Source: Fidelibacterota bacterium (GTDB lineage Bacteria; Fidelibacterota; Marinisomatia; SCGC-AAA003-L08; GCA-2689995). From it: 64,000 bases of DNA. The DNA is taken from NCBI GenBank assembly GCA_014381925.1, contig JACNKR010000063.1, positions 68,867 to 132,866 on the forward strand, written 5' to 3'. Below the pieces are notes generated by a model. The model saw only the letters and a program-made list of their open reading frames with translations. It had not been told where the DNA came from and did no database searches. How positions within the stretch are numbered: position 1 is the first letter of the stretch; every line of letters begins with the position of its first letter. Shown piece by piece: positions 48,672-57,742 of the stretch. Position numbers and translations under genes: made by a program.

Positions 48672-49490
48672 CTGAAAGCATACCATGGTTTAGTAAAGCA
48701 TGTGCTTGAAACGGGAGTTCGAAAAGAAAACCGAACAGGCACAGATACAATTTCTGCTTTTGGCGCTCACTATAAAGTAGATCTCGCAAATGGACTTCCA
48801 TTACTTACTACAAAGAAAGTTTTCTTTAAATCAGTTATTAGAGAACTATTATGGTATTTAAGTGGTGAGACTCATATTCGAAATCTTAGAAAACATACAA
48901 AAATTTGGGATGCTTGGACCTCAGAGGAAAAGAACTGGGAAATTGGACGGATGTATGGATACCAGTGGGTAAATTGGGAAAAGTATACCAAAGATGATAA
49001 TACGGGTCAGTATAATAAAACTTACATTAATCAAATTGATGAAGTCATTAATTTAATTAAAAATAATCCTGAATCTCGTCGAATGGTTGTGACGGCATGG
49101 AACCCTTCTGTGCTGGATGAAATTGCACTTCCTAGCTGTCATGCTTTTTTTATTTTTAATGTTACAGGAGATAAATTAAATTGTCATTTAACTCAAAGAA
49201 GTGGAGATATCGCTTTAGGAATACCATTTAATTTAGCTTGTTATGCAACATTAACTCAAATGATTGCACAGGAAACAGGATATAAATTAGGCCAATTTTC
49301 TCATTATATTAATGATGCACATATTTATGTAAATCATGTTGATGGACTAAAAGAACAATTAGAAAGAGAATTTAGGCCACTACCAAAATTAGAAATAAAA
49401 AATAAATCATTTTGGGATTTAGAGTTTGAAGATTTTACTTTAAAAGATTACAATCCTCACCCTTCTATTCGCTTTGAAGTTGCAGTTTAG
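48672..49490 (+). CDS. thyA: thymidylate synthase (ThyA); probable CTG start upstream of the track's GTG 48702
   Basis: It has RTGT..S.FG and the catalytic PSCH motif (LPSCHAFF). The conserved N-terminal LKAYHGLVKHVLETG lies upstream of the first canonical start. An AAGGA sits 8 nt before CTG 48672. Confidence 0.85.
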   Translation: MKAYHGLVKHVLETGVRKENRTGTDTISAFGAHYKVDLANGLPLLTTKKVFFKSVIRELLWYLSGETHIRNLRKHTKIWDAWTSEEKNWEIGRMYGYQWVNWEKYTKDDNTGQYNKTYINQIDEVINLIKNNPESRRMVVTAWNPSVLDEIALPSCHAFFIFNVTGDKLNCHLTQRSGDIALGIPFNLACYATLTQMIAQETGYKLGQFSHYINDAHIYVNHVDGLKEQLEREFRPLPKLEIKNKSFWDLEFEDFTLKDYNPHPSIRFEVAV

Positions 49491-49972
49491 TGGATATTCA
49501 CCTAATTTGGGCACAAGACTTAAAAAGTGCAATTGGGAAAAATAATGATTTACCATGGTATATTCCAGAAGATTTAAAAAACTTTAAACAACTTACCTTA
49601 AATCAACCAATTGTAATGGGTAGAAATACGTGGGATTCATTAAAATTTAAACCTCTCCCCAAACGAAGAAATATTGTTTTAACTTCTAAAAATAATATTG
49701 AATCAGCAGATACATTTGATAGCCTAGATCATTTATTAAGTGATTTAATAAATAAGAAAACAAAAAAAATATTTGTTATTGGAGGAGCTCAAATATATAA
49801 GTTATTTTGGGGGTTAGCAACATCATTACATATTACAATTATATCTGATAAATGTGAAAATGCAGATACTTTTTTTCCATTTTCAATGGATGATATAAAA
49901 AATGATTTTAGGTTAATACTTTCAAGAGATTTAACAAATTCTGCTCAATATCAATATTGGGAACGAAATTAG
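49490..49972 (+). CDS. folA: dihydrofolate reductase
   Basis: 160 aa with a GTG start overlapping the thyA stop. It has LPW, VMGRNTW and VIGGAQIY motifs. Confidence 0.9.
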   Translation: MDIHLIWAQDLKSAIGKNNDLPWYIPEDLKNFKQLTLNQPIVMGRNTWDSLKFKPLPKRRNIVLTSKNNIESADTFDSLDHLLSDLINKKTKKIFVIGGAQIYKLFWGLATSLHITIISDKCENADTFFPFSMDDIKNDFRLILSRDLTNSAQYQYWERN

Positions 49973-50310
49973 TCAATTGCTTTTCGGATTAATATTCCTG
50001 TTAATCCAGAAACACCACCTATAATTATGGGTAAAATTAATATAATAATTGCTAGCATGAATGAATTATTTACATTCATCATTGTTGCAACTCTAGCCAT
50101 TAAAATTTCTCCACCAATTATCCATCTATAAAATAAAATAATTGCCCATGTAATTGTTAATGTGGAGCTTCCTATCTGAATAGCAGATATATTACTTTCC
50201 GCCATTGCCCCGATTATTACACAATAAATTACACCAGCCCACCATGGTAAAAAATATAATACAGGAAATAATATTAAAACAAAAACAGACATTTTTTTAA
50301 TGTAATTCAT
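49969..50310 (-). CDS. hypothetical small multi-TM membrane protein
   Basis: 113 aa with 3-4 TM. Its ATG overlaps the acylase TGA stop (ATGA). Confidence 0.4.
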   Translation of the reverse strand: MNYIKKMSVFVLILFPVLYFLPWWAGVIYCVIIGAMAESNISAIQIGSSTLTITWAIILFYRWIIGGEILMARVATMMNVNNSFMLAIIILILPIIIGGVSGLTGILIRKAID

Positions 50311-52757
50311 GAATTTTCTCCATTAATAATGATAACTTTTCCATTAATATCTTCAGGGTTTGAACTTGAATTAATATCTCTTAGTTCTCCAGCTCTCCAT
50401 TCTTCAAGCATATTATCATAATATTTACTTCCAGGATATCCAGATTGACCTCCAGGTAAAATCCCTTTTGCTTTTGGAGGTGAGGACATTTCAACAATAT
50501 ATCTCCACGAAGGACCAAAATGTTTTCGAGTTGCATTTGGAATTAATTTTCCACCACCTGTTGATAAATTTTCGACACCAAATCCTGGAATTTTAGCAAG
50601 ATGTAAAATATCTGTTCCTCTATAATTCCCCCAGAACCATAATTCAGATAATTGACCCACTTCTTGAGTTAACAAATTAATTGTATTTTCAAAACTTTTA
50701 TATACTAAGTCAGAAAAAAGTTCTTTTTTATTTGTATTAATGTTGTCAATCCATTTAGAATTTTGTTCTTTTGTAATTAACCGTTCCAATCGTGCATAGT
50801 CTGGCCAAAGAATTTCATCATATGATTTTCCTAGTTCATCTTCCCAAACAAGATTTTCAAATTGATCAATCCATTCATTATATATTGTTGGTGCAATTTT
50901 ATCAGCATCAAAGAAATAATTCCACTTAATTAACTCAGCAACAGGTTGAATAAAATGTGGTTTTAATAATGTATCATTTAAAACAGACAGAAAAACAGGA
51001 AGTACTCTTTCTGCCATTAAATTTTTATTATCCGTTTGAATTTCTATAAAATCATCAAATGTTGCATTTTTTAATGATGTTAAGTGTTGATTAATTCGCT
51101 CTCCTCTAAATGATTCTACAAACCATGGTCCTAAATAATATGGATAGTTTTCATCCGTTATATGTTGATTTGCAGAACTTACAAATCCTCTTTTAGGGTT
51201 TTTTATATGTGCCTTTTCATTATGCGGAATTGCATCATTCCAATTATATTGAGGATTTGTTCCATCCATCACAAAGCGTCCTTGGTTTTTCCATTTTTGT
51301 GGTGTATTTCCGGCATGCCAAATTGCAATATTTCCATCAATGTCTGCATATACAAAATTTTGAACGGGGCATGTAAAATATTGAAGTGCATCGACATAAT
51401 CTTGATAATTTTTTGCCTTATTTAATTCATAAAATGTTTTACTTTCTGCACTTGAATCATGAGCTAACCATCTCAATGCTCTTCCAACGGACAACATTTC
51501 TCCGCTTTGATTTCGTTCATTGTGCATTCTTTTTGTTTGGCCTTCATGCGTCCAAACAACAGGGCCAAAATGAGTATAAATTACAGTATCAATGAAGCTT
51601 TTTTCACCTCTAATTTTTATCTCTTCAATTTTCTTTTCTGTTGTTAGCCATTCATTATCATAAAAATATTGATTCATTTTATTTGATTTAAATACAATAT
51701 CATACCAATCCCAAACATCATCACCACCATTTGTTTCGCCCCAAGCAATATAATCATTAAATCCACTAATAACACATGGTCCTCCAGGGAGAGAGGCACC
51801 ATAAACATTAAACTCAGGGGTATTTAAATGAATTTGATACCAAATATTTGGTAATGTTAGACCTAAATGTGGGTCATTTGACAAAAGAGGAAACCCTGAT
51901 TTTGTTTTTGATCCGTCAACAGCCCAATTATTACTTCCAATTCGTGCATCCGGCTGTATCAAAACCTTATCTTGATATGGGTTTGCACGATAAAGTGAAT
52001 CAGGAAATGGTATTGATTTAATAGGTTTTGCAAATGGAGTCTCTTTAGGAATAATTGGATCTAAATAATTAGGAAACTCTGGATACAAATCGTTTAAATC
52101 TTCCATACCAATTTTATCCCATAATTTATTAAAATCAAGGTCTGAAGATCTACCACTTAAACTAAATGCCATTGTTTTAAGAAATAATAAAGTCTTTAAG
52201 GGTGTCCATTTTTCAGGTTTATAATCTAATATTTTATATTCAATTGGATATTGATCCCAATTTAAAGAATTAATATAAGCATTAACTCCGTCAGCATAAG
52301 CCTCTATACCACTATATACATTTTTATGTTTCATTGTTTCTATTAGGCCTTTTTCAGCAGAATAGACCATTCCTATTCGTCGTTGGTATTGATCAAAAGG
52401 TAATGCCTTTGGGCCAATAATTTCTGAAATTCTTCCACCTGCGGCCATTGTTTGAAACTCCATTTGCCAAAGCCTATCAAAAGCAGTGATATATCCCTGT
52501 GTAAAACATAAATCATAATCATTTTTTGCAAAAATATGGGGCACATGATTTTCGTCAATTATTAATTTGACTTCATTCTGAATTTCATCAAAGTTTAATA
52601 TATTTTTATTATGAATATCTGAATTGACAAGGGATAAAAAACCATGAAATGGATCTAAAAACGTTGCTAATGGGGGGATATTTCCCATTTTATTATTAAG
52701 TAAAATTGTTATTCCGATAAGAAAAAAAATGCTAATAATTGCTTTAATATATTTCAT
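50307..52757 (-). CDS. S45 penicillin-amidase-family Ntn-hydrolase acylase (penicillin/AHL acylase-like)
   Basis: 816 aa with a signal anchor, HVPHIFA and a GSNNWAV nucleophile-Ser motif. Its ATG overlaps the ccmD stop (ATGA). Confidence 0.8.
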   Translation of the reverse strand: MKYIKAIISIFFLIGITILLNNKMGNIPPLATFLDPFHGFLSLVNSDIHNKNILNFDEIQNEVKLIIDENHVPHIFAKNDYDLCFTQGYITAFDRLWQMEFQTMAAGGRISEIIGPKALPFDQYQRRIGMVYSAEKGLIETMKHKNVYSGIEAYADGVNAYINSLNWDQYPIEYKILDYKPEKWTPLKTLLFLKTMAFSLSGRSSDLDFNKLWDKIGMEDLNDLYPEFPNYLDPIIPKETPFAKPIKSIPFPDSLYRANPYQDKVLIQPDARIGSNNWAVDGSKTKSGFPLLSNDPHLGLTLPNIWYQIHLNTPEFNVYGASLPGGPCVISGFNDYIAWGETNGGDDVWDWYDIVFKSNKMNQYFYDNEWLTTEKKIEEIKIRGEKSFIDTVIYTHFGPVVWTHEGQTKRMHNERNQSGEMLSVGRALRWLAHDSSAESKTFYELNKAKNYQDYVDALQYFTCPVQNFVYADIDGNIAIWHAGNTPQKWKNQGRFVMDGTNPQYNWNDAIPHNEKAHIKNPKRGFVSSANQHITDENYPYYLGPWFVESFRGERINQHLTSLKNATFDDFIEIQTDNKNLMAERVLPVFLSVLNDTLLKPHFIQPVAELIKWNYFFDADKIAPTIYNEWIDQFENLVWEDELGKSYDEILWPDYARLERLITKEQNSKWIDNINTNKKELFSDLVYKSFENTINLLTQEVGQLSELWFWGNYRGTDILHLAKIPGFGVENLSTGGGKLIPNATRKHFGPSWRYIVEMSSPPKAKGILPGGQSGYPGSKYYDNMLEEWRAGELRDINSSSNPEDINGKVIIINGENS

Positions 52758-52843
52758 TTAATCTTTCTATTTTGAATAAATAAATATGATAAAATTACAA
52801 GCCATACAATAATTACAACAGCATAAAACCATTCTTTAAACAT
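52754..52843 (-). CDS. ccmD: heme exporter protein CcmD (29 aa)
   Basis: Not in the ORF track. My hand translation gives MFKEWFYAVVIIVWLVILSYLFIQNRKIK, a single TM. Its ATG overlaps the ccmC stop and its TGA overlaps the acylase ATG. Confidence 0.6.
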   Translation of the reverse strand: MFKEWFYAVVIIVWLVILSYLFIQNRKIK

Positions 52844-53504
52844 TTGTATTCCTTAATTTTTTTTCTATGAAAATTCTATACTTAGCGAGGTTTATTAGAA
52901 TTAAACTAAAATTAACCAGTGAAAATAAAAATAAATTTTGAATAAGTTGAGATGATTCAGAAACTGTATCTCTCCCTGGGTGTGCTTGTGCTTCTGGTGA
53001 CCACATATCTACTGCAAAATAAATAATTGGAACATCAACAAATGCAAGAATACTAATAATTGCACCAAGTCTTGCCCCTTGCTCCGTTGTTCCTGAAAAT
53101 TCACGAACCATAAAATAAATAATATATGTTAAAAAAATTAATAAAGTTGTTGTTAATCGAGGCTCCCAAGTCCACGGTTTACCCCATATTGGAGTTGCCC
53201 ATATTGGCCCTGTTATTAATACCAATAGACAAAATATTGTACCAATTTCAGCCCAAACCATTGCAACAACATCAGAATAATCATCTCTATTTATTAAATA
53301 TTTTACACTATAAATCATCGCAATTAAATAGGCAATGAAGAAATTCCATGCAAGTGGTACATGATAATAAAATATTTTTTGAGCCCATTCTTGATCTGGA
53401 ACTAATGGCGATTTTGCAATAATAAGCCATAAATTAACAATTGTGAATAAAATTGTTATAATGGTTAAAACTAAATTTGATTTGACTTTAATAAAATCGT
53501 TCAA
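52836..53504 (-). CDS. ccmC: heme exporter protein CcmC
   Basis: 222 aa with the tryptophan-rich motif WGKPWTWEPR. Confidence 0.9.
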   Translation of the reverse strand: MNDFIKVKSNLVLTIITILFTIVNLWLIIAKSPLVPDQEWAQKIFYYHVPLAWNFFIAYLIAMIYSVKYLINRDDYSDVVAMVWAEIGTIFCLLVLITGPIWATPIWGKPWTWEPRLTTTLLIFLTYIIYFMVREFSGTTEQGARLGAIISILAFVDVPIIYFAVDMWSPEAQAHPGRDTVSESSQLIQNLFLFSLVNFSLILINLAKYRIFIEKKLRNTNV

Positions 53505-54173
53505 TTATTCCTCCATAATATAATCAAATAAAAACATTCCTAATACGGTAAACCCTACGGCGAAAGATAAAATTAACATACACCAAAAACTATATAATTC
53601 AAATTTTATTCCCCTTGATATTGCAGATGTAGATTTAACAGCAGAAATTAATACAGGAGATGCGAGTGGAAAAAATAATAAGGCAGTTAATACATCTCCC
53701 ATTTTTGACCTAAACCCCAAGCCTGAAATAACAACCCCTAACGCTGACATCCCCCAATTTACTAATAATGACAATGCCCATAATTGCCAGTTAGTAATTG
53801 CAGTAAAACCTAAAAATAGATAAAATAATGGAAATAAACATAGTTGAGAAATAAATAAATAAATTGTGAAAACAACAGTTTTCGATAAAAAAATATAACC
53901 CCTATCAATTGGAGAGGTTAATAATAGACTAATGCCCATGCCATCTTTTTCTCTTGTAAAGTTCCAACTAAGGCCAATAATAAAGGTAAACATAAATGTT
54001 AGCCAAATTAATCCTGGCAAAATTGAATTTACATTTGGTGTGGACATATCAAATGCAAAAGAAAATATTAAAATAATTGATAATCCGAAAACAGCCATCG
54101 ACAATATAGAATCTTTATTTCGTAATTCTTGATTTAATTCTTTTATAATTAAAGTTGATAATGGAGAAGCCAA
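53505..54173 (-). CDS. ccmB: heme exporter permease CcmB
   Basis: 222 aa and 6 TM, placed between ccmA and ccmC. Confidence 0.8.
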   Translation of the reverse strand: MASPLSTLIIKELNQELRNKDSILSMAVFGLSIILIFSFAFDMSTPNVNSILPGLIWLTFMFTFIIGLSWNFTREKDGMGISLLLTSPIDRGYIFLSKTVVFTIYLFISQLCLFPLFYLFLGFTAITNWQLWALSLLVNWGMSALGVVISGLGFRSKMGDVLTALLFFPLASPVLISAVKSTSAISRGIKFELYSFWCMLILSFAVGFTVLGMFLFDYIMEE

Positions 54174-54174
54174 G

Positions 54175-54816
54175 TTAGTGTACTATCTCCAAGGTTCCAT
54201 TTTTTAATTTATATATTGATTGACAGTGTTGTTGTATAAAATGGATGTTATGAGATGAAATTATTAATGATTTCTCATTTTTTTTAAAACTATTAATTGA
54301 TTCATTCAATAAGCCTAATCCCGATTCATCAAGTGCGTTTGTGGGTTCATCAATTATTGCAAGTGACCATGATGATAATTTTAATCTTGCAATATGAAAT
54401 CGTTGAATCATTCCTGCACTAAATTCACCTAATAATTGGTTTTTTGATTGGGTTAATCCAACTAATTCTAATATTGAATAAATTTGTTCTTCAGATTTTA
54501 TATCATTTCTTAATTGAAGAAAAAGAGAAATATTTTCAAATACAGTCATGTAGGGATAAGAATCTGACTGATGCCCCCAATAACAAATATCTTTTCGATA
54601 ATTATAGTCTGACCCGAAAATAGATAAATTATTTAATAAACCACGACCAGAATCAGGTCGCATCAATCCAGAAATAATTTTGAGTAATGTTGTTTTACCT
54701 GACCCATTTTCACCAATAATTCCAATTGACTCATTAGATTGAATTGTTAAATTAAGGTTTTTTAAAACAGGGTTACGATTAAAGGATTTACAAATTTGTT
54801 GAATGGAAAATTCCAT
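54175..54816 (-). CDS. ccmA: heme exporter ATP-binding protein CcmA
   Basis: 213 aa with Walker A GENGSGKTT, signature FSAGM and Walker B AIIDEP. Confidence 0.85.
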   Translation of the reverse strand: MEFSIQQICKSFNRNPVLKNLNLTIQSNESIGIIGENGSGKTTLLKIISGLMRPDSGRGLLNNLSIFGSDYNYRKDICYWGHQSDSYPYMTVFENISLFLQLRNDIKSEEQIYSILELVGLTQSKNQLLGEFSAGMIQRFHIARLKLSSWSLAIIDEPTNALDESGLGLLNESINSFKKNEKSLIISSHNIHFIQQHCQSIYKLKNGTLEIVH

Positions 54817-54823
54817 TTAGAAA

Positions 54824-55258
54824 TTAAATACCTGTCCCACATTGAGAGCAAAATTTATCTAAATCTTTTAATTCAGTTTTACATTTTGAACATTCTCTTT
54901 TTAATAAATTAACACCACAATTACTACAAAATTTACTATTTGGGTCATTTTCATGATTACATTTTTTACAGGTTAATAAATCATCTTGTTTTTGTGGTGT
55001 AGATTTTTCCATTAACTTTGATGCTTCTAGTTTTAGCTCATCTCTTGTTCTCTTAAAATCTTCATCAACAGTAATCCCCATTTCATGTTCAAATTCAATT
55101 TCTCTAATTTGTCTAAACAAGGTTTTTAATTGTCTGTTTTTTGAAGATTCTTTTTGATTCTTATCAGAATCAATTTGATGTTTATTATCAGAAAAAAGAG
55201 GAGAAACCGTAAAATAAATAGTGCCAATAAAAATAAGGAATAAAAGTATAGATAACAT
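54824..55258 (-). CDS. CcmI-like N-terminal module fused to a C-terminal double zinc ribbon
   Basis: 144 aa: an N-terminal TM, a charged helical region LFRQIREIEFEHEMGITVDEDFKRTRDEL resembling the CcmI N-domain, then CKKC-x10-CSNC and CSKC-x10-CSQC. Confidence 0.45.
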   Translation of the reverse strand: MLSILLFLIFIGTIYFTVSPLFSDNKHQIDSDKNQKESSKNRQLKTLFRQIREIEFEHEMGITVDEDFKRTRDELKLEASKLMEKSTPQKQDDLLTCKKCNHENDPNSKFCSNCGVNLLKRECSKCKTELKDLDKFCSQCGTGI

Positions 55259-55776
55259 TAGAATCCCATCTTTTTCATTTCATCATCTACTTTTTCAAAT
55301 GATATGTTTTTTTTATTTTGATTAATTTCTTTTGGTAGTGCTCTAAATCTATTTATAATAATAATACCCATTAATATGCTTAAAAATAAAATAAAAGTTG
55401 GTAGCTTCCAAGCAACCCAGCCCAGGCCTTTATTTTCAGGTAAAGCTCTTATTTTCTCACCTTCTATGCCAACAAAAAAATTAATAATTTCCTCATCAGT
55501 CATATTTTGTTTAATAAATTTATTTGAATAATCTAATACATTTTTATTATAAACTTGAAGCAGGGTATTATTTATTTTATTTTTATCAAATTCATCAGAA
55601 ATAATATTTTTAATTATTAATTTTATACCATTAGCAATTGGTGAATCATGTTCAGCAATAACCCCACCCCAACAACAGGGTGCATGGAGTTGCTGCTCTA
55701 GCTGATATTGTCTTTGTGATTTAAATTCAACACAAAAAAGAGAAGCAATTAAAAATAAATAAATAAATTTATTCAT
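55258..55776 (-). CDS. CcmH/NrfF-like cytochrome c biogenesis protein with APCC in place of the CPxC motif
   Basis: Use ATG 55776 (MNKFIYLFLIASLF signal), not the track start 55803; this gives an 8-nt overlap with the ccmF stop. LHAPCCWGGVIAEHDSPIA aligns with the CcmH LRCPxCxxxSIADSNAPIA. A C-terminal TM is present. Confidence 0.55.
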   Translation of the reverse strand: MNKFIYLFLIASLFCVEFKSQRQYQLEQQLHAPCCWGGVIAEHDSPIANGIKLIIKNIISDEFDKNKINNTLLQVYNKNVLDYSNKFIKQNMTDEEIINFFVGIEGEKIRALPENKGLGWVAWKLPTFILFLSILMGIIIINRFRALPKEINQNKKNISFEKVDDEMKKMGF

Positions 55777-57742
55777 CCAATTTCCTATTTGGCAATAATG
55801 CAATTAAAGTTCCAAAGATTAAAACCAATGTTCCAAGCCATACCCAAGAAACTAAATTATTTAATCTAATTTTTAATGTTGCCATTCCTGTTTTTAAATC
55901 TAAACTACCTAAAATAATATAAATATCTTTATTCAATGTAGTTTTTAATGCAACTTCAGAGTGGGGTTGACTATTTTGATCAATATAAATTCGTCGTTCA
56001 GGTTTTAAATTTGTATAAAATGCACCGTTTTTATAAATATCAATTGATGTAATTTCCGCCTTATGATTTTGTCGTTTTTTCGGGTGTGAGTTTGGAGACT
56101 CTTGCCAGTATTCTTTTAATTCAAAGGAATATTCTGCAAGTTCAACTGTATTGTTTTCGGGTGAAAGTGAAACATCGGCCTCTTGGTCAAATGCTTTTCC
56201 TGTGAAACCTAAAAACATCATTAGAATACCAATATGAACAATATATCCACCATATCTTGATCTATTTTTATCCATAATTGTAATAAAAACATTAAAGATG
56301 TTTTCGCCAGATGATTTCAATCGAGCTTTAGTTCCTCTATAAAACTCCAATAGAATAGTTGATAATACAAAACCAATTAAAATTATTGTAATCAATGGAT
56401 ATACTTTTCTAATTCCAAGTGAAAATGTAATTATACCCGTAATAAAACTAAGAACTATTGGTAATGAAAAATTTCTTTTTATGCTATTTATTGATGTTTT
56501 ACGCCATGCTAACAATGGAGCAATACCAGTTAATGCTAATAAGACCAGACCAAATGGTATCAATTTTTGGTTAAACCAAGTTGGTCCTAACCTTATTTGA
56601 ACCCCTCTTAATGCTTCTGTCATAACAGGATAAAGTGTTCCCCAAAGCACAACAAGCATCATGGCAACAAATATCATATTATTAAAAACAAATCCTGCTT
56701 CTCTGCTTGCAAATGAATCAAGTTGATTTTGTGAATTCAAATCTTTATGTCTGTAAATTAATAATCCAATATTTAGCGACACTAAAAACATAACAAACCC
56801 AAAAAACCAAATACTTAAATCTGTAGCAGCAAATGCGTGGATTGAAGATACTATTCCACTTCTTGTTAAATAAGTTCCAAAAATTGTGAGTGTAAATGTT
56901 AGCATTATTAATATCATATTCCACCGAACTAACATATTCTTTTTTTCTTGTATAATAACAGAATGAATATATGCTGTACCAGTTAACCAAGGGAATAATG
57001 ATGCATTTTCTACAGGGTCCCAAGCCCAATAACCACCCCAGCCTAACTCCATATATGCCCACTTGCCACCCATAACAACAGCAATACTTAGCAACATCCA
57101 TGTAAATAACGACCATCTTCTTGTAAGTCTTATCCACGATGCATCTAATTGTTGCGTTGCCATTGCAGCAATAGCATAGGCATATGGAATTGTAAAGCCA
57201 ATGAACCCTAAATATAGCATTGGGGGATGAAGCAACATTGCCCAGTGTTGCAATAATGGATTAAGTCCTGACCCCATTTTTATTGGTCCATCTACAGGTG
57301 CAAATGGGTTTTCAAACGCAAGACATATAAATAGGAAAAAACTCATGACAATAGCAATCACAATTGTAACCCACGGCATTAAGGAAACATATTTGTTTCT
57401 ATTTTGGTATAAAACGATGATAGCAAAAATTGATAATATAAACACCCAAAAAAGCAATGAGCCTTCCATACCAGCCCAAAAGCCACTTATTTTATATATG
57501 GTTGGTGTAAAAACACTACTATATTTATTTACATAGGTTAAAGATAAATCACTATTATAAAGAGCATATACAAGTGTACCGCCTGCCGAAAATGTAAGCA
57601 AACAAGCAGAAATCATTGCATTCCTACCCGCAACATATACACGAGAATCTTTAGATTTTAAATACCATAAGTTTAGTCCTAAGCTCGTGATTGTTAACAA
57701 AAAGGCGAGTGAAATTAAAGAAGATCCGAAAATAGATATCAT
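55769..57742 (-). CDS. ccmF: cytochrome c heme lyase subunit CcmF
   Basis: 657 aa, multi-TM, with the WGGYWAWDPVEN motif. Confidence 0.93.
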   Translation of the reverse strand: MISIFGSSLISLAFLLTITSLGLNLWYLKSKDSRVYVAGRNAMISACLLTFSAGGTLVYALYNSDLSLTYVNKYSSVFTPTIYKISGFWAGMEGSLLFWVFILSIFAIIVLYQNRNKYVSLMPWVTIVIAIVMSFFLFICLAFENPFAPVDGPIKMGSGLNPLLQHWAMLLHPPMLYLGFIGFTIPYAYAIAAMATQQLDASWIRLTRRWSLFTWMLLSIAVVMGGKWAYMELGWGGYWAWDPVENASLFPWLTGTAYIHSVIIQEKKNMLVRWNMILIMLTFTLTIFGTYLTRSGIVSSIHAFAATDLSIWFFGFVMFLVSLNIGLLIYRHKDLNSQNQLDSFASREAGFVFNNMIFVAMMLVVLWGTLYPVMTEALRGVQIRLGPTWFNQKLIPFGLVLLALTGIAPLLAWRKTSINSIKRNFSLPIVLSFITGIITFSLGIRKVYPLITIILIGFVLSTILLEFYRGTKARLKSSGENIFNVFITIMDKNRSRYGGYIVHIGILMMFLGFTGKAFDQEADVSLSPENNTVELAEYSFELKEYWQESPNSHPKKRQNHKAEITSIDIYKNGAFYTNLKPERRIYIDQNSQPHSEVALKTTLNKDIYIILGSLDLKTGMATLKIRLNNLVSWVWLGTLVLIFGTLIALLPNRKLDE

